Assembly: GCA_951406725.2 (NCBI GenBank)
Contig: OX597818.1
Location: 76,880,001-76,944,000 of the forward strand
Length of the DNA: 64,000 bases
Direction of reading: 5' to 3'
DNA from: Octopus vulgaris
Taxonomy: Eukaryota
The position numbers were made by a program, and so were the translations under genes. This document shows positions 13,832 to 25,622 of the stretch, one piece after another. Below the pieces are notes generated by a model. The model did not search any database and was not told the DNA's origin. It saw only the letters and a list, made by a program, of their open reading frames with translations. How positions within the stretch are numbered: position 1 is the first letter of the stretch; every line of letters begins with the position of its first letter.

Positions 13832-15078
13832 TACAAAGGTAGGACAAAAAGTTCATTGGCTGATTATGAAAGAGTGATGCTAGAGCTGTGAAATCTTGCA
13901 TTCATTAATTTCAACACTTCTTATTAATAACTGCATTGTTTTTTTCCAGGTAAATTGACATCTGACTGTTCAAAACAGGCTTCAGAAATAACTAGTAGTG
14001 ACTTGTCTTGAAAATCAACAAAATTTGGCATTGTGGTATTATCAAGTAGTACCTGCAGAAAAAGGGTTTAACCACCAACCACCAGGACATTCATGCTGAC
14101 ATGGTTCCTGCTGACATAGTTACTACATTAGGGGATGACACTCCAGCTTTATCAACAGTGCAAAAGTAGGCAGTTGAATTTAAGAAGGGAAGAGAGAGTC
14201 TTGAAGATCACCCAAGGGCCGGGCATCCTGCAACTGACACCACCAAGGAAAACATTGCTTGTGTTCACCACATGGTGATGGATAACAGGTGACTAACTAT
14301 AAATAAAATAACCAATGTAAATACCATATTCCATGAGAGAGTTGAGAATATTCTGCACAAAGGACTTGGCATGACAAAGGTTTCTGCTCAGTGGTTGCCA
14401 CATCTACACCTGATCAAAAGGTACACCAGGCTGATCACATCATGGCAAAATCTGATATTATTTGAGGCAGATCCAGCTAGTTTCCTTGAACATTTTCTAA
14501 CCCAGGATGAGTGTTGGGTTCATCACTTTGAGCCAGATACAAAGAGACAATGCAGTGGAAACACCCCTCCTCTCTTGCTCCAAAGAATCCAAGGTTGTTC
14601 ACCTGCAGAGAAGGGGGTGGCCTCAGTTTTGGGGATGCAAAAAGCATTGTGTTTACAGACTTCAAAAGGCAACACCATCAACAAAGAGTACTATGCTAAC
14701 TTGCTGAGGCAGTTAGGAAAGGCTATCAAGACCAAACATCCAACAAAACTGGTGAAAGAGGTCTTGTTTCATCAGGACTATGCTCCAGCACACCAGTCCT
14801 TGGTTTCAATGACTGCTGCATGTGACTGTGGCTTTGAACTGGTTGACCACCATCTCTATTCTTGTGATTTGGCCCAACATAAAAAAAAAACACTTGGCTG
14901 GGAACCAGTATCACAGTGTTGATGACATCACATCTGCTGTTGATGATGTTTTTTATAAAGGACCAAAGCAGAAGTGTATGGACCACAAGGGGTGCTATAT
15001 TGAATAATAAATTCCATTTGGTTACATTCCATGAGGGTATCTTGGTCAGCCTATGAACTTTTCAGCTGGCCCTCATAT
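13832..15078 (+). mobile_element. Decayed mariner (Tc1/mariner) DNA transposon with transposase pseudogene
   Basis: Imperfect TIRs (TACAAAGGTAGGACAAAAAGTTCATTGGCTGA versus rc TATGAGGGCCAGCTGAAAAGTTCATAGGCTGA) with TA ends. Motifs GRESLEDHP, WLPHL, TQDECWVHHFEP, HQDYAPAH and HHLYSCDLA (YSPDLAP-like), with stops and frameshifts. Confidence 0.92.
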
Positions 15079-16104
15079 AACACTTTTCCATTTCTTTATA
15101 CATTCTTTCTATTTTTATTGAAGTTTGCAAGATTTATTTGTGCAGCAGGGGTTGGATAATAGAGAGCAGACAAGGGTTTCTCCATAGTCTGGTCTGCTTC
15201 TCCACAATCACAGATAGTTCTGCCTATCTTGTAGCTCCATGTGATCAAAGCAACTTCTCAAGCAGTTGAACATCTTTCACTGAATCCATGGTGCTTCTGA
15301 TCCAAGGAAGAGGTCTTCAGTTGATGGGGATTCCCATATCAACTGGAGAAGGGTCATTATCAATCCAGAGCTAGAGTCTGGTTTCTTCCCAAGATGTTGT
15401 TAAGCGGCTAGACATAGCTGAGGAAGTTTTTATCTAGGAAGAATCAACTATGCCAAGAAAACAAGAAGAAATAAAATGTTGTATGTATCAATTCATAGAA
15501 AAAAATCATTAACTGACAGATTTCTGATTCCTTGAAACTGATTCTGTTTTTTGCATTGTCATGATATAATCTTGTCATAATTTGCTTTCAAATCTAATAA
15601 TACACTCTTAGCAACAAAGGTTTAAGCTTTACATAAACCAGGTCGAAGTCTGTAGGCTGTTGACAAGTCAGGTGTTGGCAACAGTAGTCGCTCTGAATGT
15701 TTTATTACAAAACAGTTTAATCTTAAACACCATACAGTCAGAATAATAATTTTATTCATTTATTTGTTTAGTCTTGTTGGAGCACCTCCTTAATGAGTTT
15801 TGTTGGTGAAATTGATCCCAATGCTGATTTTAAGTTTGGTACTAATTCTATAAGTTTGCTTTTTGCTGAACTGATAATTTACAGGGACATAAACAAACCA
15901 ACACATTATCACACAGTGAGTGACAAACACACACACACACACACAACAGGTTTCTCCACAGTTTCCATCAACCAAATTTCTTTCACAAGACATTGATTGG
16001 CTCAAGAATATAGAAGACATTTGCTTATAGTGCCATGCAGTGGGACTGAACCCAAAATTTTGTAGTCACAAAGTAAACTTCTTAACCACAAAACTTATAC
16101 CTAT

Positions 16105-16160
<56 letters not shown>

Positions 16161-16163
<3 letters not shown>

Positions 16164-16557
16164 ACAAATATTTGAAGTATTTATACACGAAAGAGGTAAC
16201 CTTTGACAGGACACCTTACATGCCAGAAAGGGCAGTCAAAGCCCAAACCACCATGAATAAAAGCAATTTCAAAGGGAATGAAAATAAAATATAGTTTTCT
16301 AGTTACCCTCAGACTCGAGTTTCTGTGTTAATGAGCAAATAAATTTGTCATCTGTACTTCATCATGTGAGGTCACTAAAATTAATGCACATTTATGTAGC
16401 AAATACGTACCGAAAATACACATGCTGTATACTTATACATTATATTTTAAAGTCACCACTTTTATTCATGGTTTGGGCTTTGACTGCCCTTTCTAGCATG
16501 TAAGGTGACCTGCCAAAGGTCACCTCATTCGTGTATAAATACTTAAATTGTTTGCAC
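16161..16557. mobile_element. ~400-bp element with ~100-bp terminal inverted repeats (MITE/foldback-like)
   Basis: 16161-16263 versus rc of 16458-16557 shows about 9 mismatches plus one 3-nt indel. Each arm has an internal AGGTGACCT..AGGTCACCT-type hairpin. Confidence 0.85.
16300..16377 (-). ncRNA. Type I hammerhead ribozyme-like motif inside the TIR element
   Basis: Minus strand reads TAGTGACCTCA-C(A)TGATGA-AGT..ATGACAAAT-TT-ATTTGCTCAT..ACA-GAAAC-TCGA-GTC-TGAGGGTAACTA. Stems I, II and III are all present, with one extra A in the CUGAUGA box. Confidence 0.65.
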
Positions 16558-16659
16558 ACTATTATATATGAAAATATGTTGTCAAATTTATCACACATGC
16601 TAGCCACTGGTATGAAAATTTTTCTAAATTTTCTACCCTTATTATTTTCACAGTATATG

Positions 16660-16907
16660 TATAGTGTTGTGTTCTTAGCAAGACACTTTATTTCATGTTG
16701 CCCCAGTTCACTCAGTCGTAGAAATGAGTTGCAACATCACAGGTGCCAAGCTGTATCGGCCCTTGCCTTTCCACTGGTGGCGTGGAGAGGGGAGGCTGGT
16801 ATGCATGGGCGACTGCTGGTCTTCCATAAACAACCTTGCCCGGACTTGTGCCTGGGAGAGTAACTAGGTGTAATCCCATGGTCAGTGTCGTGACTGAAGG
16901 GGGTCTC
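16660..16907 (+). mobile_element. 5'-truncated SINE of a further family
   Basis: GTGTTCTTAGCAAGACACTTTATTTCA...CCAGTTCACTCAG..GTAGAAATGAGT is a typical SINE central-domain motif. It is GC-rich and ends in (TA)n. Confidence 0.55.
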
Positions 16908-16911
16908 AGAA

Positions 16912-16944
<33 letters not shown>

Positions 16945-17015
16945 TATAAGGGATATTAGCCAACCGAAATTACGGAGCAGTCACTGTCTATATCTCATTT
17001 AGAGAATTATTATTG

Positions 17016-17052
<37 letters not shown>

Positions 17053-18249
17053 CAAGGTGTTATGCAGTGAGGCTAAACCCAAAACCTCTTGGTTGCTAAG
17101 TGAATTTCTCAAACACACAGCTATGTAATTTTTCTTAGTCTAGTATGTAATTTTTAGCATCTTTTTTTTTATAATTCATGCAGTGGAATGTTATGTTGAT
17201 ATGTTTGTCATACAACAGAAAAGGTTTTAGTGTTACACTAGTTTCATTAAAACCAGACTGAGACAGTAACCACCAATCTCACTAGTACAAACCAATGTAA
17301 CCTCAAGTTTGTGAACAACTATATATTCAATCATCCATTTTCCCATACTAGCATGAGTTTGGACAGGAACTTATGCTGAGGCAAGATTTTATGGCTAGAT
17401 GCACTTACTGACACCAAGCCTCATTTGTTTCTCTTCAAGTGAGAGATTTCTTTATTCCACAAGTCCTTAAAAGCACAAAGCAACCAGTCTTAATGTCAAC
17501 AAGGAATGTCAACATCAGTACTGCTTCATTTAAATGGTGACAAACATGAAATATCAACATTTAAGCACATTCATCCACCCATACACACACTCATACATAT
17601 ATGCATATATGGATAACAGCTTTTCTTTTTATACATGTTGTATTGTTCCAGTTTAATTTTCCTTATTAATGTTTTATCACATCTGCAGATCAGACCCTCA
17701 TAGTTTATTTTAAAAATATAGTTTCTAAATTCATCTTCATCAACATCTTTAGGTTATCTCAACCCTATGATTGGGATATAGAATGGTTCTGGCTTCTGTG
17801 CTGACCTTTTTATAGTGGGTGGCTTGGGGTATATGAGATGTCAGAGAGAGATAATGCCTTTGATGAGGGAACACATCACACTTTTAGGGGTGGTGCATCT
17901 GCTTTCATTTCCACCTGGTACCCAGGCTTTCACTTGTGACTCCAAGTAGCTGTTTGCCTGCAATAGGACCAAGATCTGGTAAACCACTTCAAATGGAAGG
18001 ATAAACCACACATACTAATGCCCATTTTTTTCCATCAGGGATATGCCCTAATATTAGGCTATTCTCTATTGTCAATACACAATGGAAACTTATATTTACA
18101 ATATATAAGGATGGTTAGATCCAAAGGCGCTCCTGGCGATTAGCTGCGAAGGTCGAGTCCTTGGTAAAAGGTATACGGTAGCAGATAATTCAGCGGGTAA
18201 ACCGTAGTTTAAATTATATGCAAGAAGGAAATGGAGGAAAATTAACAGG

Positions 18250-18313
18250 AAGAAGATGGTCATTTGCACTAGTAAGCCATTAATGGATTACTAGTGCAAA
18301 CAACCATCTTCTT
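18250..18313. repeat. Near-perfect 64-bp palindrome
   Basis: AAGAAGATGGT-CA-TTTGCACTAGTAA-G-CCATTAATGG-A-TTACTAGTGCAAA-CA-ACCATCTTCTT. Confidence 0.9.
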
Positions 18314-18659
18314 TCTCTTATATATGTATTTATGTATGTATCTATGTATGCATACACACACACACACACACACACATACATACCAGGCTTCCATACAGTT
18401 TTGTTAATCAAATTCACTCGTAAGGCATTAGTTAGCCTGGGCTACAGAAGCAGTGATTTGCCCAAGGTGCCATGCTGTGGGACAGAACACAAAACAACAT
18501 GGCTGCAAAGCAATCTTCTTAATCACACAGCTATGTCTGCTTATGAAACAGATAAACTGTTGTCTAAATGTTTTTGATTTATTGGAATGTGGAACACTGG
18601 AGATCAAATAATTATTGGTATACTACAACTTCATATGGAAAGTTAAACAAAATTATGTT

Positions 18660-19026
18660 TCGACCCTTGTGATACCAAGCCACCTGGGACACCTCAATTC
18701 GATGATAAACCTCCTCTTTTAAAGTAATCAAAAAACCTTCCAATATAATTCCATGTTAATTTATGTTCCAAACACTAGCATTTAAACCAGCCATACCCAT
18801 CCCAAATTTTCTATCTGCAGTTGACAGTAGAGAATGTATATAAAAGTTATATCAAAATCTCAGAGCTACAAGTTAATGCATGATTAATTCAAAATTATGT
18901 GAATAAATAAGCATTATATTTGATAGGGTAATCTGAACACTAAAGGGTTAATAATGACAAAGTTATTTTAATAAATTCTTTTTTTTTTTTAAATTAATTG
19001 AAATAAAGACAGTGTATTTCAACAGA
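18660..19026. mobile_element. Nested TTAA-type (piggyBac-like) MITE remnants
   Basis: Outer ends CCCTTGTGATACC / GTAACAAAAGGG resemble 60658-60851. The inner part (~18776-18951, ending CTAAAGGGTTAA) is the reverse complement of the 55093-55312 family. Confidence 0.55.
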
Positions 19027-20829
19027 AATATAGTAACAAAAGGGTTTTGCCAGGCGAAATGCTTAGTGGTATTTCGTTTGTCTTTACATTCTGCGTTCAA
19101 ATTCCGCTGAGGTCAGTTTTGCCTTTCATCCTTTCAGCGTTGATGAATTATGTACCAGTTGCATACTGGGGTTGATCTAATTGACTGGCCCCCCTCCCCG
19201 AAAGTTTTGGGCCTTGTGCCAAGATTAGAAAAGAATATAGCTTTTCTTAAGCCTTAAAATATATTTATTTAAATCCAAGGTTCATCTAGACATCCCTTGT
19301 GGTGCACAGTTTGAGAACAGCTGTTCTAAACCACTGACAGCAACAATAAAAGATCTTTAGACAAGATCTTCACTTCTTATAATGGCATGTGATTCTATAA
19401 GTAGTGTCTTAGTCAGAAATATCTTTTTATGCCTGCCTTAATTTTGTAATTCAGATGAAGCTGTGTGATTAAACAGTAGGACATAAACACATGGCTGTGT
19501 GGGTATATGGCTGCATGGATATGTGGTTGAGTGGTGTCATGTACAAAGACATTTTCATGCACACAAACAGTAAAGCATTAAACAAAAATATTTCATTTAT
19601 TTTAAAATACTTCATCATTATCATCATCACCATCATCATTTAGCATCCATTTTTCATGCTGGCATGGTTTAGACAGCTTGATTGGGACTGGTAAATCAAA
19701 GGGCTGTATCAGGATCCAGTCTGATTTGGCTTGGCTTCTACAGCTGGATACCATTCATAATGCCAACTACTCCAAGAGTGTAGAAGCTGCCTTGTAACGT
19801 GTCACCAGCACCAACCACAACTATGATTTCACTTGGCTTGACATGTCTTCTCGAATACAATAAATTGCCAAAGGCCTCAATCACTTGTCATCACTTCTGT
19901 GAGACTCAACATCCCAAAATCAAAGAAAAAAAAATCTTTTTACTCCAAATCAAGTCATTCCGACCAAGCTTATCCCATCTAACTTTTAATGACTACACTA
20001 TACAATGTGTCCTTCTCTTTTAAGATGATAGGGTGTGAGTTGAGAGAATTTGGCTGTTATTTCCATCAAGTCATGTGACCACATAGCAATTATATCAAAA
20101 TACAAAATAATAATGTAAATTTATTGTGTACAGTGCTCAGGCACCTAACATATAATGATGATAGCAAACATATTTCTCATAAACACAAAGCAATCTACCT
20201 TTCTTTCACAGACAATATTAGGTAAGGAGGTCACTATCTGGAGTAGGGAAACGGAAAAGGAGAGAGAGTCAAACTATTTATTAACCTGACCAAGACACTC
20301 AACTTACTTGGGAAGGATTTCTAACTTAGATACAAGGCCAGCAATTTTAAGGGGAGGAGATACCATCAACTTAATATTTTGACTAATATTTCATTTTATC
20401 AACCCTGGAAAAACGAAGTTGACCATGGCAGAAATTGAACTCAGACTGTAAAGAGTTGAAAGAAATACCCCTCAAAATTTTGTCCAACACTAATAATTCT
20501 GCTAGCTCCCTGCTTTTTGTAATTGCTTCTGACCTTGGCACTAGGACAGCAATTTTGAAAGGAGGAGGTGAGTTGATACCATCAACTCCAGTGTAACTGA
20601 TACTTTATTTTATCAACCCCAAAAGGATGAAAACCAAAGTTGACCTTGGTGAGATTTGAACTCAGAATGTAAGAAAGCAGAACAAATACTGCATCATATT
20701 TTGCCTGACGCACTAACATTTCTGCTAACTCACTGCCCCTCCTACTACAGAATGATAAAAGAAAGGGACAGCTAAAATATCAGCAATTCAATTTTGAGGC
20801 TAACAAATTTTGGCAGTAATACTGACAGA

Positions 20830-21610
20830 CTCTACCTACCAAGAAAGAAGGAAGGATGAAGAGGATTAATAAATGCAGAAGACACTATTAGTACTACAAT
20901 AGTGGGGTTGAAAAATTATGTTGCGTGGAGTAAAGAAAGAATGGCAGCTACAGATACTGAAATAGTTACTGAAACAGTAGGAGAATTTTAGAACAGAAGG
21001 AAGAATAACATAGCAAGCAGATGGAAAGAAAGAATTATGCAGCCAATTCATACAATAAATTGAGAATTTTGGAATTAAAGCTATGGCTAACAGATAGAAA
21101 TCTGAAACAAGAGACCAACACACTAATTATATACACCCAGGAGCAAGCTATTAGGACAAATCTGATTAAGGCAAAGATTGATAAAACTGTGTAGGAAAGA
21201 TGTATATATCATCTTTGAGTGAGTGCAGTAAGCTAGCACAAAAAGAGTATAAGTGCAGACATGGCTGTTTAGATAAAAGAGAGCATTGGAATGATAGCCA
21301 AGTGTCTGGCTTCAAAATAACAGGAAAGTAGTATGATCACAAACCAGAGGCTATGACAGAGAATGAGAATTACAGGATCTTATGAGACTTCAATACCAAT
21401 GGAATTGAAAAAATTGAGAAATAGCAGGATCTAACCAGAGAACTGAAGAGACTGTGGAAGACTAAAACAACAATCATTCTTGTGGTAATAGGTGCACTTG
21501 ACACATCCAAAATACTACCTAAAACACTGAACTATCTTGGAATTGAGAGTCGCATTGTCAACCTACAGAAAAGTACCATCTAATATTCTATAGGAATCCC
21601 AATATTCTTG
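20830..21610 (+). mobile_element. R4/Dong-like (RLE-type) non-LTR retrotransposon 3' remnant
   Basis: Frameshifted WLTDRNLKQET, QEQAIRTNLIKAKIDKT, LSECSKLAQKEYKCRH, YDHKPEAMTENENYRIL, KIEK.QDLTRELKRLWKTKTTIILVVIGAL and LQKST. Confidence 0.8.
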
Positions 21611-21619
21611 AGAATATCG

Positions 21620-22780
21620 AACTTGAAAGGATAAAAGACAAAATTGACCTCAGTAGAATTTGAACTTAGAACATATGGAGCCTCAAGAAATGTCACTAAG
21701 TATTTAGTCTGACACTAACAATTCTATCACCTCACTACCTTTAATAATAATGGTTTCAAATTTTGGCACAAACCCAGCAATTTCAGTAGAGAGGAGTAAA
21801 TCAATTACATTAACCCCAGTCTCAACTGGTACCTATTTTATTCACCCTGAAAGGATGAAAGGCAAAGGTGATCTCAGTGGAATTAGAATTCAGAACATAA
21901 GGTCAAATGAAATTCTGCTAAACATTCTGCCCTACGTGCTAATGATTCTGCCAGCTGGCCACCTTTTAATAAAAATAGCAATAATTATTTCACAAATATG
22001 CATAAAGCCTGATATTTGGTGGGAGCAGATTAGAGGATTACGTCATCCTCAATATTGGACTCATACCTTATTGTATTGAGTTTATCAACCACAAAAGGAC
22101 AAAAGGCAATTGTTGAAGATTCAAATAATTATGATATTCAAATTTTGGCACAAGCCAGCAAGTTTGGAGGAGAGCATAGGTCAATTACATTGCCCCAAGT
22201 GTTCAACTATTTTACTGACCCCAAAAGGATGAAAGGCAAAGTCAACCTTGGTGGAACTTGAACTCAGAATGTGAAGTCGGACGAAATGCCACTAAGTGAT
22301 TTGCCCAGCATGCTAATGATTCTACCAGCTCACTGTCTTTAATTATAATATTGGTTTCAAATTTTGGCACTAGGTCAGAAATTTTGAAGTGGGGTCAGAA
22401 TTGATTACATTGAACACAGTATGTTATTTTATCAACCCTGGACAGATGAAAGACAAAGCTAACTTCAGTAGCATTTGAACTCGGAATGCAAAGAGCTGGA
22501 AGAAATATGGCCAAGCATTTTGTCCAGTGTGGTAACAATTCTGCCAACTTGCATCCTAAATAATAATAATCCTTTCTACTATAGGCACAAGGCCTGAAAT
22601 TTGGGGAGAAGGTATTAGTCAATAATATTAACCCCAGTACTCAATGGACACTTATTTCATCAGCTCTGAAATCATGGAAAGCAAAGTCAACATCAGTAGT
22701 GCCTAAATTTAGAATATAAAGAGCCGGAAGAAATGTTGCTAAGCATTTTTTCCAGCACAGTAACAATTCTGCCAGCTGCC
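21620..22780 (-). mobile_element. Head-to-tail array of about six type-B SINE copies
   Basis: Repeated co-oriented units separated by AAT-rich tails. Two further units sit at 20320-20740. Confidence 0.8.
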
Positions 22781-23019
22781 ACCATAATAATAACAGATTT
22801 ATATAAAGAAAATAGTCAACAGCTTTTTTTTCCTTGCTGTATTTCTACTGATATTTCTTGGTTAATTTTAACAAAGAAGTCATCAAGCATAAACTGAATT
22901 ACAGAGAAATTTTAACTATAGTCTTAATATTTAGTTCCCATGTACAAATTTGTTTATCAGTCTATCTAAAGTATACACACCCCAATACACTGAATCAATA
23001 TAAATACTGTGTCATTCTG

Positions 23020-24130
23020 AAACTAGAGCATAAATGCAAACACTGCAATACCAGGAAAGTTGGAGTATAAACACAAAGACTGCAATATCCTGAAAGGTGA
23101 AACATGAACACAAACATTGCAATATCCTGAAAACTGGGGTATAAATGCCAGCACTACAATACTCTGAAAACTAGAGTATAAACACAAACACTGCAATACC
23201 AGGAAAGTTGAGATATAAATGCAAACACTGCAACACTAGAAAAGCTAGGATATAAACACAAACCCCCAACACCCTCTTGAAAACTGGGGTTTAAACATAA
23301 ACACTGCAATACCTTGAAAACTGGGGTATAAGCACAAACACTGCAATGCCCTGAAAGCTGGGGTATAAACACAAGCCCACAATACCCTGAAAACTAGGGT
23401 ATAAATATAAACACTGCAACACCCCAAAAACTGGGGTATAAACACAAACACTGCAATGCCAGAAGAGTCAGGGTATTAACACAAATCCCCAATATTTTGA
23501 AAACTGAAGTATAGACATAAATACTGCAATACCCTTAAAACTGGGGTATAAATATAAACACTGCAGTACCCCGAAAACTGAGGTGTAAACACAAAAACTG
23601 CAACACCCTGAAAACTGGGGCATAAACACAAATACTGCAATGCCCTGAAAGCTGGGATATAAACACAAGCCCACAGTAACCTGAAACCTGGGGTATAAAT
23701 ATAAACACTGCAACACCCTGAAAACTGGGGTATAAACACTGCAATGCCAGAAAAGTTAGAGTATTAACACAAAACCCCAATATCCTGAAAACTGGAGTAT
23801 AAACACAAACACTGCAATGCCCTGAAAGCTGGGGTATAAACACAAGCCCACAATACCCTGAAAACTGGGGTATAAATATAAATACTGCAACACCCTGAAA
23901 ACGGGGATATAAACACAAACACTGCAATGCCAGAAAACCCCAATATTCTGAAAACTGGAGTATAAACAAAAAAAACTGCAATACCCTGAAAAACTGGGGT
24001 ATAAACGCAAACACTGCAACACTCCAAATGCTAAACAAAACCACACGCTAAATGCCAGGGCATAAATGTCACCATACCAGGAAAGTTGGAATGCAAATTT
24101 CACCACACTTTGATAGCTGGGATATAAATA
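23020..24130. repeat. 37-bp minisatellite, about 30 units, with higher-order structure
   Basis: Consensus AAAACTGGGGTATAAACACAAACACTGCAATACCCTG. Period 37 (e.g. 23281 to 23318). Confidence 0.92.
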
Positions 24131-24784
24131 TGACCACACCCTCAAATAGCAGCAATAGTGGAGCTAGTAAAGAACTACATCTCTGTAAAGTAGTAAAGTG
24201 CATGTATTAGATTAAATTATCAAGCCATCACATGACAGAGGAGGAACATTCCACTAAAATTAAAACACAGTTTTAAATAGATTTTCTCAGCAGTATATGG
24301 GAATGGGAGCATTGTAAAGTGAACATGAACATATATGAAAGAAAGATTAAGTCTCAAACATCTGAAAGTCTGACATTAGAGGAAATATGTCACAGACAAA
24401 CAGTTTGTATTAACAACAGAAAAGAGATGTTTACACACACAAACATATATATATATATATATGTACAAATACACACACATATATATATATACATTATATG
24501 GGTAACAACTTCATAAAATGCATTTAAAAGCTTCATAAGGTTATCAGCTACCATATGCCATCATATAGCAGGGTTATTTCTGTTAATTTGTAGAATTTAT
24601 ATAAAAATTTATACCACATGTAATAAACAGGCTTTAATTATAAATTACATTTGTTTCTCTGCAGTGTAAACAGCTGCAAGTTGCTGAGTTTTCAGTCTCA
24701 TATCATAACACAAGTTACTTTGTACATTATTACAGAAATAAATATGATCCAGCATACATACATACACACATATATATATATATA

Positions 24785-25551
24785 GTGAGAATTTACAAAA
24801 ACAGAAAAGACGAAGACGGGTGTGTAAATAACAAACAGATGTATTAGTTTAACGCTCGAGAAGTGAGAAAGTGTTTTACGTTTCGAGCCTGTGCTCTTCG
24901 ACAAAAAGGAACACAGAAATAAACAAGAGAAGATACAAAAGTTTAGAGGCTAGCAATCTATCATGTGTGTGTGTGTGTGTATAAACATGTATGTATATAT
25001 ATATACATACATACATACACCCCACCTCTACCCCTACCCACAAACCCCAACTCTACCCCCACCCTCAGTCGAACCCACACCCCACCCTAGCTTTCTCAAC
25101 TCTCACCTCCCCCACCTCCCAACATCACACCACACTACACCATACAATATAAACATCACATCACAACACACCACACACACACACCCATCCCCACATTTTC
25201 ACACCTACACATACATACACGCACACATCCAGACCACCAGCCCTCTTTCACATGCACATACATACTCTCTTATACACACATGCACCTTCGCGTTGGGGGT
25301 CATCTTTACTTTGTTATCTCCCCTACATTCCCTCTCGTGTGTAACCCTTCTGTCCGAGTCAGTCGCCATGATAGATCGTTAGCCACTACACACATTTGTT
25401 TCTCTCCTTGTTTTTTCTGTGTCCCTTTCTGTAGAAGAGCGTAGGCTCAAAACATAAAAGACTTTTTCTATTCCTGAGCGTTATACTAATAAACCTGTTT
25501 GTTTTGTACACCACCTGTCTTCGTCTTTTGTTTTTTCGTAAACTCTCCCTA
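24785..25551. mobile_element. Divergent inverted pair of a ~180-bp repeat, each with a minimal hammerhead-like motif (24871-24912 minus, 25421-25462 plus)
   Basis: 24785-24965 is the diverged reverse complement of 25367-25551. Both contain YTGTNGA-A-GAGC-N4-GCTC-RAAACRTA-AAA, typical of a Penelope pLTR-like motif. Confidence 0.6.
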
Positions 25552-25576
25552 TATACATATATATACATATATATAC

Positions 25577-25622
<46 letters not shown>

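Noticed and set aside
16800-16907. Possible HDV-like ribozyme in the SINE tail
   Set aside because: Could not assemble P1, P3 and L3 in the required nested order.
18187-18198. ACCCGCTGAATT (minus strand) resembling the 28S rRNA 5' region
   Set aside because: Only 12 nt match and the flanks are not rRNA-like.
23020-24130. CRISPR-like array, or coding ORFs 23154-24145
   Set aside because: Contiguous 37-bp units without unique spacers in a eukaryotic intron. The ORFs merely reflect the stop-poor repeat.
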